Assembly: GCF_000372725.1 (NCBI RefSeq)
Contig: NW_005202428.1
Location: forward strand, 2,017,119-2,081,118
Length of the DNA: 64,000 nt
Direction: 5' to 3'
DNA from: Emiliania huxleyi CCMP1516
Lineage: Eukaryota
Shown here: piece after piece, positions 1-11,512 of the stretch
Layout: every line of letters starts with the position of its first letter
Position numbering within the stretch: position 1 is the stretch's first letter
The notes under the pieces: generated by a model
What the model saw: only the letters and a program-made list of their open reading frames with translations
Told to the model about the DNA's origin: nothing
The model's database searches: none
Position numbers and translations under genes: made by a program

Positions 1-417
1 AGACGGCGAAGATGACCCTCACCGAGTCCTGGAAGACGTCGCTCGGCGTGATGTCGGAGGAGGCGCGCCGAGACACGACGAGATTCTTCGGCGAGATTCG
101 CCGAGATTGTTGCGCGCCTTGCCTCAGCCGAGCCCCCTTCGCAGGCTGAGTGCACGACAGATGCCTGCCGCTCGCGCCTGAAGAAGAAGAAGGAGAAGCT
201 CGCGGCAGCCGCTGCCAAGGCCGCCGCGATGATCGACGCAACGGCTAGCGCCGTGCAGAAGGAACCGAACGCCGCCGCCCAGCCGCCCGCGCGCGGGCGC
301 CGCCTTCCGCACGCCGCCGCCGCCGCCGCGGGCGCCGCCGCTGTGATCGCGGTGGCGGCGGCGGCGAGCGGTAGGCGGCGCCGGCGCGCGGGCGTGTGGA
401 CGGTGCTGTTGGGGTGA
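1..417 (+). CDS. 3' end of an unidentified spliced gene (partial)
   Basis: Coding-like frame (MTLTESWKTSLGVMSEE, a GC..AG intron at about 63-144 holding ccgagat repeats, then AECTTDACRSRLKKKKEKLAAAAAK...) ending at TGA 415-417; no family recognised. Confidence 0.45.
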
Positions 418-1032
418 GCGGGTCCGGCGTGGCGCGTCGTTGCCCCCGCACGGGTAGAGGGAAGGGCGGGGCTAGTTCTTGGGGTGGTGGTGCGTCAACG
501 TGCATCATGCGGAGATTTGAGATGATGAGTGACGTCTGATGAGCTGTGGTGTGTGCGCGATTGCGGTCGTGCGCTTTGCACGCGCATGTAAGAGGGGAGA
601 GGGGGCAGAGTCCAGAGAGACCCCAGAGAGCGCGTGCGCTGGAGCGAGTGTCGGCGTGCGCAATTGTCGAGACACTCTCAAGCGAGGCGCCTAGACGCGT
701 GTAATCAGTATAATGCATGATCTCTATCTGAGTGATAAAAGCGAGCTGCACAGCTCATGATAGATTAAGGGTATGCGACACAGACTGCTGAATTTCCTCT
801 CATCACCCTGCCACAAGACTACACCCGCAGATCTCACATCCGATCGCGGATCGGGGACAGAGTCGACATAGACCGCGAGAGGGACGTATTGCGAGGTTAT
901 TTATGCACAGAGAGTCGCCAGCACCGACGGAGGGAGAACTGAGGCGCGCAAATAGCTGCGAGGAAGCATAAACAGAGCGGGGTGGGGGGAGCTGCTAGGC
1001 ACTACTGTGCCGCACAGCCAAACGAGCCGCGG

Positions 1033-2241
1033 TCATACCTGCAGAGTCACTAGCCTGCCAGAGTCGACCTGCTCCACCTCCATATCCGTAGAGTAGATGT
1101 CGTCCTTCCCCCCGCGGACCACGGCGTCCGCGTGGGCGGTCTCTGCGTCGCCGTCGTCCTCCTCCATCGAGCGGTAGGCCGTGCCCGGGTTCGGGCTGCG
1201 CGCGCCCGGGCTCCACGAGATTGTGCTCGACGTCAGCGTGGTGTCGAGGTTCAGCTGCGGCACGGGCGAAGGGCAGAGCCAAGACGACTGGGCCACCCTG
1301 CTCATCGAGATTCGGCGGCGCGGATTGATCTGCAGCATGCCGTCGAGTAGCTCCGCCAGCGCCGGCGTGAAGGGGCACTGCCGCTCGTAGAAGCCGAAGA
1401 TGGTCTCGACGGTGGAGCGGCCCTCCTGCTGCGCGATGTATAGCCGCTGGAAGCGCCAGTCGCACGTGCGCGCAACCTCGAGGGGGAAGAAGCCGGCGCA
1501 CATGGCAAAGAGGCAGACGCCGAGGGACCAGACGTCGACGAGGAAGCCGTCGTACGGCATGCCTGCCAGCACCTCTGGCGGCGTGTAGCTCTTGGTGCCG
1601 CAGCAGCGTGTGAGCTTGGTGGTTGCAAACGAGCCATCCGGCCGCCGCTCGAAGACGTGCGCGAGCCCAAAGTCGCAGATCTTGACGTTGCCATTGGGCG
1701 CGTCGAGGAGCAGGTTCTCGAGCTTCAGGTCGCGGTGCGCCACCCCCAGCGAGTGCATGTAGGTCATGCCCGACACCACATTCCAGCCGAGCCGCTGCGC
1801 GCGCTCCTCACTCATCTGCCCAACCGCCTCCACCTGCTGGAAAAGCTCGCCGCCGGTGCACGCCTCCATCACGATGTAGTGTTTGCCGTGCCGGCAGTGG
1901 TGCTCGATGAACCCGCAGATGTTGGGGTGTCCCGAGCTCGCAACCTTTCGGAGAGCAGCCACCTCGGCAGGCATGCCCGAAGACGCCGAGTCGAGCACCT
2001 TGATGGCGACCGACTGCCCCGTCGTGGAGGAGGCTGCGACGAAGACGTTGCCCGTCGCACCCTTCCCAAAGGTCTTGCCAGAGAAGACGTAACGTCCGAT
2101 ACTCTGCGGGTGCCATGGCTGGTCGTCGGCGCTCGGGCGCGACGACCCCGACCCGGGGCGTCTGCCCTTGCGCTTCTTGGGCTCGTGCGAGTCCGACTCT
2201 GTTCGCGGCTGCCCCTTGAGGCACAGCATTGGCCACTTCAT
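1033..2241 (-). CDS. Ser/Thr protein kinase, CAMK group (SNF1/CIPK-like), intronless
   Basis: All catalytic motifs are present: GKGATGNV, VAIK, HPNI, MEACTGGELF, HRDLKLEN, DFG, CGTKSYTPPE, DVWSLG. Confidence 0.95.
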   Translation of the reverse strand: MKWPMLCLKGQPRTESDSHEPKKRKGRRPGSGSSRPSADDQPWHPQSIGRYVFSGKTFGKGATGNVFVAASSTTGQSVAIKVLDSASSGMPAEVAALRKVASSGHPNICGFIEHHCRHGKHYIVMEACTGGELFQQVEAVGQMSEERAQRLGWNVVSGMTYMHSLGVAHRDLKLENLLLDAPNGNVKICDFGLAHVFERRPDGSFATTKLTRCCGTKSYTPPEVLAGMPYDGFLVDVWSLGVCLFAMCAGFFPLEVARTCDWRFQRLYIAQQEGRSTVETIFGFYERQCPFTPALAELLDGMLQINPRRRISMSRVAQSSWLCPSPVPQLNLDTTLTSSTISWSPGARSPNPGTAYRSMEEDDGDAETAHADAVVRGGKDDIYSTDMEVEQVDSGRLVTLQV

Positions 2242-3154
2242 CCTCTTGATTTCGTGCTGCCGCACGAGCGGGGCGGTGGAGCGAAACTAGGCCAGGGCGT
2301 GACCAAGAGCAAGGTCGTTCGGGACCTCCCTACTTGGGTCATCCATTTATCAGCTGGCTTTTATGCCGAGGTGATCAAGGATGTATTCGGCGTCTCTTTG
2401 CACTTCTTCTTTCTATTTTTTTCTAATGGTAGCGAAGAAGAAGTCTTAGGTTTGTTGTTGGAGAAGAAGTAGGGGCTGGCCCCTTCCGACCGTGCGTGCG
2501 GGCGGCGGCTGAGGCGCGAGCGGGTCCTCCGCGCCGTGTTTTTGCCGGGTTTCCGCTCTCTCCGTCCGGCTGGCAGAGAGAGCAGTTGTTGAGAGAGCAA
2601 GGATCTGGAAAAAAGAAAGAATTGCTGTCCCTGTGCGATGCTCTCACCCGCTTGGTCGGAACGACGGAGGGACTGCTGCTTGCGTTGAGCTTTTCGACTT
2701 CATCTGCATGGCGATCCCAAATCACTGTGTGTGACACATTTCTTGGCGATCCTACGACCCGCAATCCTGCAAGGGGACCAGTCGGAGTAGCAAGCCATGA
2801 TTGTGCATCCGTGCCTGCACCCGGTCCTCTGAATGTGCTTGTTGTCATTGGGGCCATCGGTATCGTTGGGGTACACGCGTACACCCGTACACCTCGATGT
2901 TGCAACGATCGATGCAACTGCTGACGTCGTAGTCGCCTTCCGAGTTTATACCGCCCCTCAGAAGTCCCGACTCCGGGATACACTTTTCCAACAAAGGCTT
3001 TGCAGCCACGTTTGACAAACCAGTGGGTCCAAGGTTGTCCGTCGACGTAAGCCTCCTCACAAGCCTCGTAAATGCTCGTGTACGCGGATCGAATCGGAGC
3101 ATCCGAGAGCATCCGAGACAAACCAGCATCCGAGACAAACCAGCATCCGAGACA

Positions 3155-4124
3155 GACGGTACGTGTTGGGCCAGAACCAAATGCCCGCAGCCCATTCTCA
3201 CTTCCGACGTGGAGGATGCTTGCCCAGGGTGCGGTAGTGCCGCGCGGGAACAGGTCGAACGACAACGTCCAGTCGGCACCCGGCGTCCAGCTGCCCAGTT
3301 GCTGGCCTCGGACCGGCGAGTACCACGTGTCGTCACCCACATCGAGTGGTGGAGATGGCGCCGGCGGCGGCACTGACGACGAATCGGCCGTCGAGTACAC
3401 GGATCCGACGAGGTAGTCGCCAAAGCGGTAGCCGTCAGCCTCGTAAGCGCCGACGCAGTGGTCGTGCGAGTGCCAGAGGTTGCCGTTTCCGTCGCCGGTC
3501 CCCTCGCAGTACGACGCGTCGAGCGGTGTGCCACCGAGCGCGCTCGAGCACTGGCAGTGGACGTCGTTGCCCATCGGGCACTCGAGACCCCAGAAGAGGT
3601 AGCCGCCAGCTGCGCACTGGCTCTTGCACGACTCGGCGCCGGAGGCGGAGATCGTGACGTTGCCGTATGGGCGGCTCCAGCCGGAGGGGCTGCCGAGGCA
3701 GGCGGACGACTCATCCCCGGCCGTCGAGTACACGGATCCGACGAGGTAGTCGCCAAAGCGGTAGCCGTCAGCCTCGTATGCGCCGACGCAGTGGTCGTGC
3801 GAGTGCCAGAGGTTGCCGTTTCCGTCGCCGGTCCCCTCGCAGTACGACGCGTCGAGCGGTATGCCACCGCGCGCTCGAGCACTGGCAGTGGACGTCGTTG
3901 CCCATCGGGCACTCGAGACCCCAGAAGAGGTAGCCGCCAGCTGCGCACTGGCTCTTGCACGACTCGGCGCCGGAGGCGGAGATCGCGACGTTGCCGTATG
4001 GGCGGCTCCAGCCGGAGGGGCTGCCGAGGCAGGCGATCGGCTGATGCTCCGGGACGGTAAGGGGCATGGCTGGCAAGGCACTTATCCCCGGGAGGAGTAC
4101 GACGCTTGCAATTGACGCGAGCAT
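3155..4124 (-). pseudogene. Secreted carbohydrate-binding-type protein: signal peptide, 2 WSC-like Cys-rich repeats, Pro linker and a lectin/LamG-like domain; two frameshifts
   Basis: Hydrophobic N-terminus MLASIASVVLL. 333-bp tandem duplication (units start 3386 and 3719) encoding ESCKSQCAAGGYLFWGLEC..HCQC..YC..HC..VY. Then SFDLFPRGTTAPWASILHVG..R / GIWFWPNTYRL. One copy lacks 2 nt near 3868, and there is a frame break near 3186. The 3' end is unresolved. Confidence 0.6.
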
Positions 4125-4806
4125 GCTCACCTATCGGCATCGGTCGTGATCGGGTGGCGGTGTGTTCGAGGGTGGTTGGCCGAGACACGATACGGAGAAT
4201 GATTCGCGCTGCTGGGGAGGGCGGAGTGAAGAGCGTGCCTGAGGGATGCGGATGGGCATATGTCAGACTGCTTGGCAGAATCGGTGTGTGATAGGAGATA
4301 TCGGTCGTGCCGATCTTGTGTCACCCTTGGCGTCCATGACACGCAACGATGAAGTTGTACGTAAATCAACTCGGGCGGCGGGCGCCCCTTTTGCGCGGCA
4401 GAGACCCGGGCGCTCCCTTGGCGTCCATGACACGTTGCTTCATTCACTCGAGGCCTTCCTTTTCATTCATCGCGTTCTTTGCCATTCATTCCGTGTGCTG
4501 GCGCGTGCAGGTGCCTGCAGGATGAATGAATGAATCTGCGCCACGGTTAAAGTGAGTGGCAAGCAGCGGTGTCGATACTTCGCGCCGCAGCGGAGCCTGG
4601 GTTACGCCGGTACCTTTTGTGAAACTGAAACGCGAAACGCGATCTGTCTCGCGTGTTCCTCAACGCTTACTTACGATTCGTGCTCCGCTTCTTTATTTGC
4701 GCCCGCCAGCACACGCCGCCGCACTGCAGAGCACACGAACGAACGAGAAGTTCTCTCCCTCTATCTATCCGTGCATGCACTACACTCTGCTCAAGGAATT
4801 TTTCCC

Positions 4807-5010
4807 TTGGAGCACTTGGAGTGCAAGTCATTAGTCATCAGCCGCACATCCAGGGCCGGGGAGCTAAGAAGCGCACCCAGCGGGCCAGATGATCGGGATC
4901 GGGTTACGGGCAAGACAGCCCTAGCCCTGTTGTTTGGGGGGTGCGCGGTCGCAGGGCCATAAGCATAACACGGTTCGCCGAGGGTTGGCCCCGCGTACCG
5001 GGTTTCCCCT
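4807..5010 (-). mobile_element. Dispersed repeat family A (putative retroposon 3' end with a CTCCAAGTG-type tail)
   Basis: High-similarity copies at 32735-32820 (opposite orientation) and 46091-46286; diverged copy at 11138-11192. Confidence 0.75.
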
Positions 5011-5054
5011 AGTGCTCAAGAGTTTTACTGACAAATCTATCCTAATGTACCGAA

Positions 5055-5270
5055 AAGAAAGAAAGAAAAGACAGAACCAAGTGCTCCAAGAACCCCACGG
5101 GATGGATGGGAGGACGGCACGCCGCCACCACACAGGGATTTTAAGGAGAGGGGTGTGATGCGCTCGACGAAGAAAGAAAGAAGGAAGGAAATCAGACAAC
5201 CCAAGGGAGGGATGGAGGACGGCACGCCGCCACCACACAGGGATTTAAGGAGAGGGGTGTGATGCGCTAG
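5055..5270 (-). repeat. Dispersed repeat family B, two tandem copies: GGATGGGAGGACGGCACGCCGCCACCACACAG next to (AAAG)n
   Basis: Same core at 23826-23875, 23928-23972 and 43091-43124, each preceded by an (AAAG)n run. Confidence 0.8.
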
Positions 5271-5524
5271 CCCTCGCCCACCCTAGGGAGTCTGCCTCGC
5301 CTCTTCCTATCTCTGTTCGCAGTCAGTCAGTCCCTCGCCAATCAATTAGGTAGGTAGGTAGTAAGGTGAAGAACAGCCAGGCTCGGACTGGACACCAACG
5401 CGGTATGGGTGGACGCTAGACAGATGATGACGACACGCACGAGCGACACTCGCTGCAACCTTCATGATAAAAGGAAGAAAAGGGTGTGGCCTTGCTGGCG
5501 CTGTGCTTGGCCAAGCCCGCGCTC

Positions 5525-8258
5525 ATGTCTTCCATGTCGATGTCCCTCGACGAGATCATCAAGACCACGCAGGAGAAGGGCACTAGCAAGGGGAGCAAGG
5601 GCGGCCGCGGCGGCGGCGGCCGCGGCGCGACCAAGACCATTGGCAAGATCGGGCGCGGGGGCCGCGGCCGCGGCGTGGCGGCAGCGACGCTGCAGAGCAT
5701 GGCGCGCGGCAGCGGCGCCTCTACGCTGATCAAGCCGGGGCAGGGCCGCGCGCCGCGCGCGGTCGCGGCGGCGGCGCCGAAGACGCTCACCACTGGCACA
5801 AAGCTGCGCGTCGGGAACCTGGACCTCAACGTGACGCAGGACGACCTCTCGGAGCTCTTCCAGGCGCAAGCGTGATACGAGAATGCCCGCAGCGCGCTTC
5901 TCGCCCGGCGGGGCGGCCCTCTCTAGCCCGCCTCGCGCCCCTCCCTGCAACACGGCGGCGGCGGCTGCGCATCACAAGGGGCAGTGGGCGCCGTCCATAT
6001 GCTGCGGATATGCGCCTCGCTTCCTCTCTTCACCACGGCTGCGCATCACAAGAACGGTGGGAGGGAGGGGCTAGGGCTGTGCGCGCGGCGGGGGTGCTCG
6101 CCGTCGGGGCAGGGCGCGGCGGGGAGGGGGGGGGGGCGTGGGCGGGAGACGAGCGGCCGAGCCTCTGGCGGCGGCATCGCCTCCCCCTCAGCCTCTCCTC
6201 CCCCCCCCCCACCCGCACATATGTGCCTCCGACACCGCCGCCGCCTCTTCGCGTGCCTCCGCCTGGGCTTGCGCGACCGCGCCTGGGAGGGCTTGGCTTC
6301 CTCTCCCTCCCGGGGCGCGGCGGCAGCGGACAGTGGCAATAGACGGCGCGGTCGTGCGGCGGGGGCTGTCGACCCATTTGTAGAGATGTCTGGTGGGGGG
6401 GGGGGAGGGCGAGACACGGGGGGGTCGGCGGCCAGCTGCGACGAGACACCTCCCGAGAATCTCCCGAGAACCTTCCGAGAACCTTCCGGGACCCCACACC
6501 CATGCACTTGGGTGTGCGGCGGGACGTTTCCGAAACATGTCCGAAACGGGCCAGCCGCCTCGCGTCGACTCGGGGGATGCCTCCGGGACCCGACGCTCGC
6601 TTTGGAACCGAAGCTCGGGCTCCCTCGCCGCCTGAATGCAGGCGTCCCCCCNNNNNNNNNNNNNNNNNNNNNNNNNNNNNNNNNNNNNNNNNNNNNNNNN
6701 NNNNNNNNNNNNNNNNNNNNNNNNNNNNNNNNNNNNNNNNNNNNNNNNNNNNNNNCCCCGGGAGATAGCCGAGAAATACCGGGACCCTTGTGGGAGCGGA
6801 AACCTTCCTCGGACCCTCCCGAAGGTTTGGTTTTTTTTGTCACCCCCAAAAAGGGAGGCCCCCCCAGGGGGTTGAACCCCCCCCCCCCCTCCCTCCCCCC
6901 CCCCCTTCCCTTCCTACTCCTCTCCTCGATTGTCGACCTCCCCCCCCCACACACACCACCACCACCACACACACACACACATACGCGCACGCACACGCAC
7001 GCACTCACGCACGCACGCGCGCACGCACGCACCGGCCCCGCCCCTCTCCTCCCTCTCCTACTCCGTCGCCACCGCCCCTCGCCACCGCCCCTCACCCACC
7101 CCCCCCTCAGGCCATCGAGCAGTACAACGGCGTCCCCCTCGACGGCCGCCCGCTGCAGATCAGCCTCGCCACCGGTGCCGCGAGATCAGCCGAGATCAGC
7201 CCCGAGATCCCCCCCCCGCCCCTTCCCCCACCCCGCCCGCTTCAATCCCCCCCCTTCCCCTGCGGGACCACACACACATGCGTATCCCTCCCCGCCCACC
7301 TCAGGCTCCCCCTCGGCCGGCGCCACCGCCGTCGCCTCGAGCATAGCGGTCGCGGTTGCGGGCGCCAAGCAGCGGACAGTGGTGCGCCGACGAGTCCCAG
7401 ACACGTCCCAGACCCGTCCCAGACCCGTCCCAGACCCGTCCTCGACACGTGTGCTTGGACTTGCCGCGCCCCGTGGTGTGCAGCGTTGGGCAGCGCACTG
7501 GAGGGGGTGGGGTAGGAGGGGGTGGGGGAAGGGTAGGAGGGGGTGGGGGAAGGGTAGGAGGGGGTGGGGGAAGGGTAGGAGGGGGTGGGGGAAGGGTAGG
7601 AGGGGGTGGGGGAAGGGTAGGAGGGGGTGGGTGGGGGTGACCCGCGAGGCGGGGGTGCGCCTTCCGCCAGGTGGTCAAGGCCAAAGGGTCGAGCGACGGC
7701 TACGAGAGCTTCAAGCCGCAGAGCGTCAAGCCGCGCGGCGACGCCTCTAGATGCCACCCGTGCGGCGACGCGGCTCTAGCAACGTGGCACTTTGGCACCT
7801 CGGCACCTCGGCAGCGGTAGCACTCCTCACCCCTCCCGGAGACGCGTGCACGGCGGTGTCTGGCTGCGTCTCCCGCCACAGCTCCGCCGCGCATCCGCTG
7901 TCCTCGTGGCGTGTGTGCTTGCGCAGGCCGAGTGACGGCGGCGTCTTCGCGACGTAGGCTCCGCACGCGGCGGCAAGGGCGGCAAGGGAGGGCGCGGCAA
8001 GGGAGGGCGCGGCGGGCGCGGGCAGGGGCGCGGGCCGACACCGAAGGCGCGCTTTCGAGAGAGCCTCCGAGAGAGCGGCGAGGGCCCTTTGCCCAGCCCC
8101 GGGAGGAGGGAGGGAGAGCCTCCCCTTGCGCGTCGGGCGGAGCGATCTCGGCCAGTCTCGGCCAGTCTCGGCCAATCTCGCCTCAAGTCTCGTTCCGGGA
8201 TGGTCACCAGGCGGAGGACTTGGACGCAGACTTGGACGCGTACCGCTCGGCCGCTTGA
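5525..8258 (+). CDS. ALYREF: ALY/REF (THOC4/Yra1-like) mRNA export adaptor, multi-exon, spans an assembly gap
   Basis: N-terminal MSLDEII motif, RGG-rich region, RRM start (TKLRVGNLDLNVTQDDLSELF), RRM end exon at 7111-7174 (AIEQYNGVPLDGRPLQISL), second RGG region at about 7970-8040, C-terminal AEDLDADLDAY* ending 8258. Confidence 0.9.
7502..7630 (+). repeat. 21-bp G-rich minisatellite (GGGGGTGGGGGAAGGGTAGGA) x~6 in an ALYREF intron
   Basis: Read directly from the sequence. Confidence 0.9.
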
Positions 8259-8588
8259 GGCGCGGCCTCGCCGCGCCATCCCGAGGCAATCGCACACACC
8301 TGACGACGGAGTGGCCACACACGCTTTTCCGCGTGGCCGCTCTGCGAGATGTGTGTGCGGGTCACCGTGTGTCCGGCGGGTGGCGTGGCACAAAGGACAA
8401 AGGCGCTTCGGGCCGCCGCGAGAAGCGCAAAGTTAACATACTCATACTGTCATCGTGTGCGTGTCGAGAGTGAGCGGAGCAGTTTAGCCTCAACATCGGG
8501 GCGAGTTTTCATGTTTCGCGATCGCCAAAACGAAAATAGTGAGATAATACGGTGTCGTGTGACACGACTCACGAGCGCCACGTTGTAA

Positions 8589-9522
8589 CCGGCACCAACT
8601 TGATTCCTAGATCGGCGTCTCCCCCTCCCCCTATGTGCCGCCACCCCCCTCCAATCCGTAATTCCGTAAAATCGCGTGAAAAGCGCCCTAATCGAGCTGG
8701 GGAGCGGCCCCCAGCCGCCTGGGAGCGTGCCCCAGCTAGCGGGAGCGTTAGACGTACTTTTCGGCGTGAACAAAGACTTGCGGCGACGCGCCCGCCGTCG
8801 ATCGCCGGGCTGCGTGGCCAGACTCCTCCGAGGAGAGCGAGGCGGAGGAGAGCGAGGCGGGGGATAGCGAGGCGGAGACCGAGGCGGATGGCGAGGAGGT
8901 CGCCAAGAGGGAGGCTCGCGTGGCGCGCAAGGGCATCGTTGTGCAATATGTAGTCAAGTGGGACGAGTGGGACCAAACTCCGGACATGACGTGGGAGCCG
9001 CCCGAGAACCTGTCCAACGCGAAGGAGGAGGTGGTCAAGTTTGAGCGGCGGGTGGCGGCGATGCCTTCTCGCGACGCCTTCTCCGGGCCAACAGCTTCGC
9101 CTGCGTAGGTGGCGGACCGCGCCGATGTCGAGACCAGCACAAGAGCTTCCCCTGGTGCTGCCCAAAGTGCTTCCAAAAGGGAAGGCGGCACTATCCAAGC
9201 ACCTCGCTGCGCCTGCGCCGGCCCCGACCAAGAAGCGCAGCCGGCGCTGAGTCTCGCTGACCCCTCCCACCGTGTGGGCCGCCCGTCTGCTGCGCGTGCA
9301 GACAGCGCGTTGCGGGAGCATTAGAGAGGCCAGCCTTCGTCTTCTCAGCGTGTCGCGAGTGCTGTGTCTCTGCCTGCCTGGTAGCTGGGTGTGGGGTGGG
9401 GGACTCTCTGGTGGCTTTTGGTTACAAATTTACGGATTTACGGATTTACGGATCCACCCCCCTCCCTCCCCGTCCCGCGGCCCGGCCGTGAGACGCCGAT
9501 CTAGGAATCAAGTTGGTGCCGG
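8589..9522. mobile_element. 934-bp non-autonomous DNA transposon with 33-bp perfect TIRs and TAA flanks, carrying a chromodomain
   Basis: CCGGCACCAACTTGATTCCTAGATCGGCGTCTC at 8589-8621 and its reverse complement at 9490-9522; TAA at 8586-8588 and 9523-9525; inverted subterminal 8-mers (ATCCGTAA / TTACGGAT). Confidence 0.9.
8821..9108 (+). CDS. Acidic tract plus chromodomain fragment inside the TIR element
   Basis: DSSEESEAEESEAGDSEAETEADGEEVAKREARVARKGIVVQYVVKWDEWDQTPDMTWEPPENLSNAKEEVVKFE matches the chromodomain pattern Y-x-VKW...TWEP-x-ENL; no clear start codon. Confidence 0.8.
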   Translation, partial: DSSEESEAEESEAGDSEAETEADGEEVAKREARVARKGIVVQYVVKWDEWDQTPDMTWEPPENLSNAKEEVVKFERRVAAMPSRDAFSGPTASPA

Positions 9523-9907
9523 TAACTTGTATGACGTAGAGCCGTAATCGTACACGGCTTTATGTGAGACATGACCACGAGAGATTCGAGACTCAAGTCT
9601 TCGACGAGAGTGCTGCTGCTGGCCCAGAGAGACCGTGTGTGTAGGCGTACGCTGGGCACGGCTCTAGTGAGTGGGGGGGGGAGACGAGGGAGAGAGCAAG
9701 CAGCAACCGCGAGCTGCGGGGGGCGCCGCGGCGCTAGCGCCTCCCCGAGGTGTGCGGTGAGAAAGCCTGATCGTCGCTGATGGTGATATGTATATGCGCA
9801 CATAATTTCCGAAACTGTTGCAGAGTCGGCACCGCCACACGGTTCGCGCGCGGCTTCGCCTTCGCGTGCCTCATTGCCGCAAGGCTTGCAGGTGTGTCGC
9901 AGCTCAG

Positions 9908-10522
9908 GTATGAGGTCCCTGGCTACGGGACGGCGACCTTCGACCTGAAGCACGAGAAGGCCGCGGGCGACCGCGAGCCGGTGCAGGCGGCGGAGCGCTC
10001 GTTCGTCGAGCGCACCGCGCCGCGGAAGGAGGAGCTGACGGAGGAGCAGAAGGATGCTCGGGCCGCGGCTCGCAGGGCCAAAAAGGCCCGGCAGAAGGCG
10101 AACAAGGCGGAGAAGGCTGCGGCGGCGGCTGCGAGCGAGGCTGAGCGTGCGGACTGCCCGCACGCGCAGCTGCGCGAGAACGTCGAGTTCGTCATGGACG
10201 GCCTGGAGGCTGCGACGCAGGCGGCGCGCAACCCAGCGGGGTCCAATATTCAGGTCGCCTACTCGCTGCCTCCCGAGGGGGGCAGCGGGTTCGGCGACCT
10301 GGTGTGTACGCCACGGTCCCTCTGGGCTCCGTGGCGACCAAGGTCGCTGCCGGCGCCTCGGCGCCGGCCGACGCCGTGTTCGGCGGCAGGTTCGCGACGG
10401 GCGAGACGCCCCGCTCGACGACCTCCGCCTCCGAGGCGGACGAGGGCGACGGCGCCGGCGGCGATGGCGGGACCGGCTTCGACCTGTTCGGGCCGGACCC
10501 CACCCCCATGGAGGACCTTTGA
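9908..10522 (+). CDS. Hypothetical protein with a charged Ala/Lys helix and acidic C-terminus; probable frameshift near 10303
   Basis: High-GC3 coding-like frame (YEVPGYGTATFDLKHEK...GFGDLV) continues in another frame (YATVPLG...FDLFGPDPTPMEDL*). No family recognised. Confidence 0.45.
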
Positions 10523-10842
10523 GGCCCTCCCCAGTCTCACCCCACCTTACCTCTGCCCCCCCCTCCCCCCATCCCTCTGCCTCCCATAGGGCAGGATAGC
10601 ACTAGCATATGCGCCGAGTGCGCACACTGGGCCCACATAGATGTGACCCGCCCGCTCGAGTGCGGCGTCCGGATGCTAGTGCTTGAGAAGACACCACAAA
10701 CGCGGCACGGCCCGTTTTGGATGTCTGCGGAGATTCTGTCTTAGCACACACAGCGAGTCATTCGGAGTCATTCGATGGCCAGAGTGCGATTGTGTGTGTG
10801 CGGGAGTTGGTTTGTCGGGAGGGGGAGGGGCAGGCTGCTCAC

Positions 10843-10982
10843 CCACGTGCACCGGGCCAGTGCCTGCACTTTGAATGCCGTGGGGCTCCTGCCCGTGTCC
10901 GGGCGTGGAGATGCGAGGGTCGCCCCCCCTTGCCCCACCACTTTGTGTGTGTGGAGAAATCTACCTTACCTTACCTTACCTT
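10843..10982 (+). mobile_element. Dispersed repeat family C (putative retroposon 3' end with a (TACCT)n tail)
   Basis: Inverted diverged copy at 17038-17160, which starts with (GGTAA)n. Confidence 0.8.
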
Positions 10983-11512
10983 CGCGCCTTCTCTCGGCCT
11001 CCGGTCCTCGCCGCCACCGTGGCGCCGCCAGCGCGCAGCGGTGTCTCGCGCGGGCGGGGCTGCAGCACCGCGACCATCCGCAGACTTCAGAGGCCGGCGA
11101 TCAGGGGATCCCCGGTGTGATATATAATATATATACGACACCGGCCCTGGTGGAGAAAGGTTAATGCCCGCACTCCAAGTGCTCCCCAAGTGCCTGCGCG
11201 CACGGCAGGGCCAGGCAGCGTACCGGGGGCTCTACTCGCGGACGGCTGATGGGTGAGGCGAATCCCTCCCTCTCTACCAGAGAGTGCAGCCTCCCGCGCA
11301 CAAACGTGCTCCTGTCGGGCGGTGATGCCCGCGCCGTCGTACCATGCTCTGTAGATCTCTAAGTGTGCCCCCCTGCGGACGATGCTGGGCGGGGCAGGGA
11401 GGGGGGAGGGATTGGAGGTCGCGAATATCTAATCGCTAAGTCTGGCAGCCTCGCCGCAGCGGTGGCCGCACGCTACGCACGCCAACGCCCCGCACCCCCG
11501 CACCCCCCACCC

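Noticed and set aside
9530..9566. Hairpin AGCCGT..ACGGCT with related sequence at 17296-17412 as a Helitron end
   Set aside because: Too short, with no clear CTRR terminus or matching 5' end.
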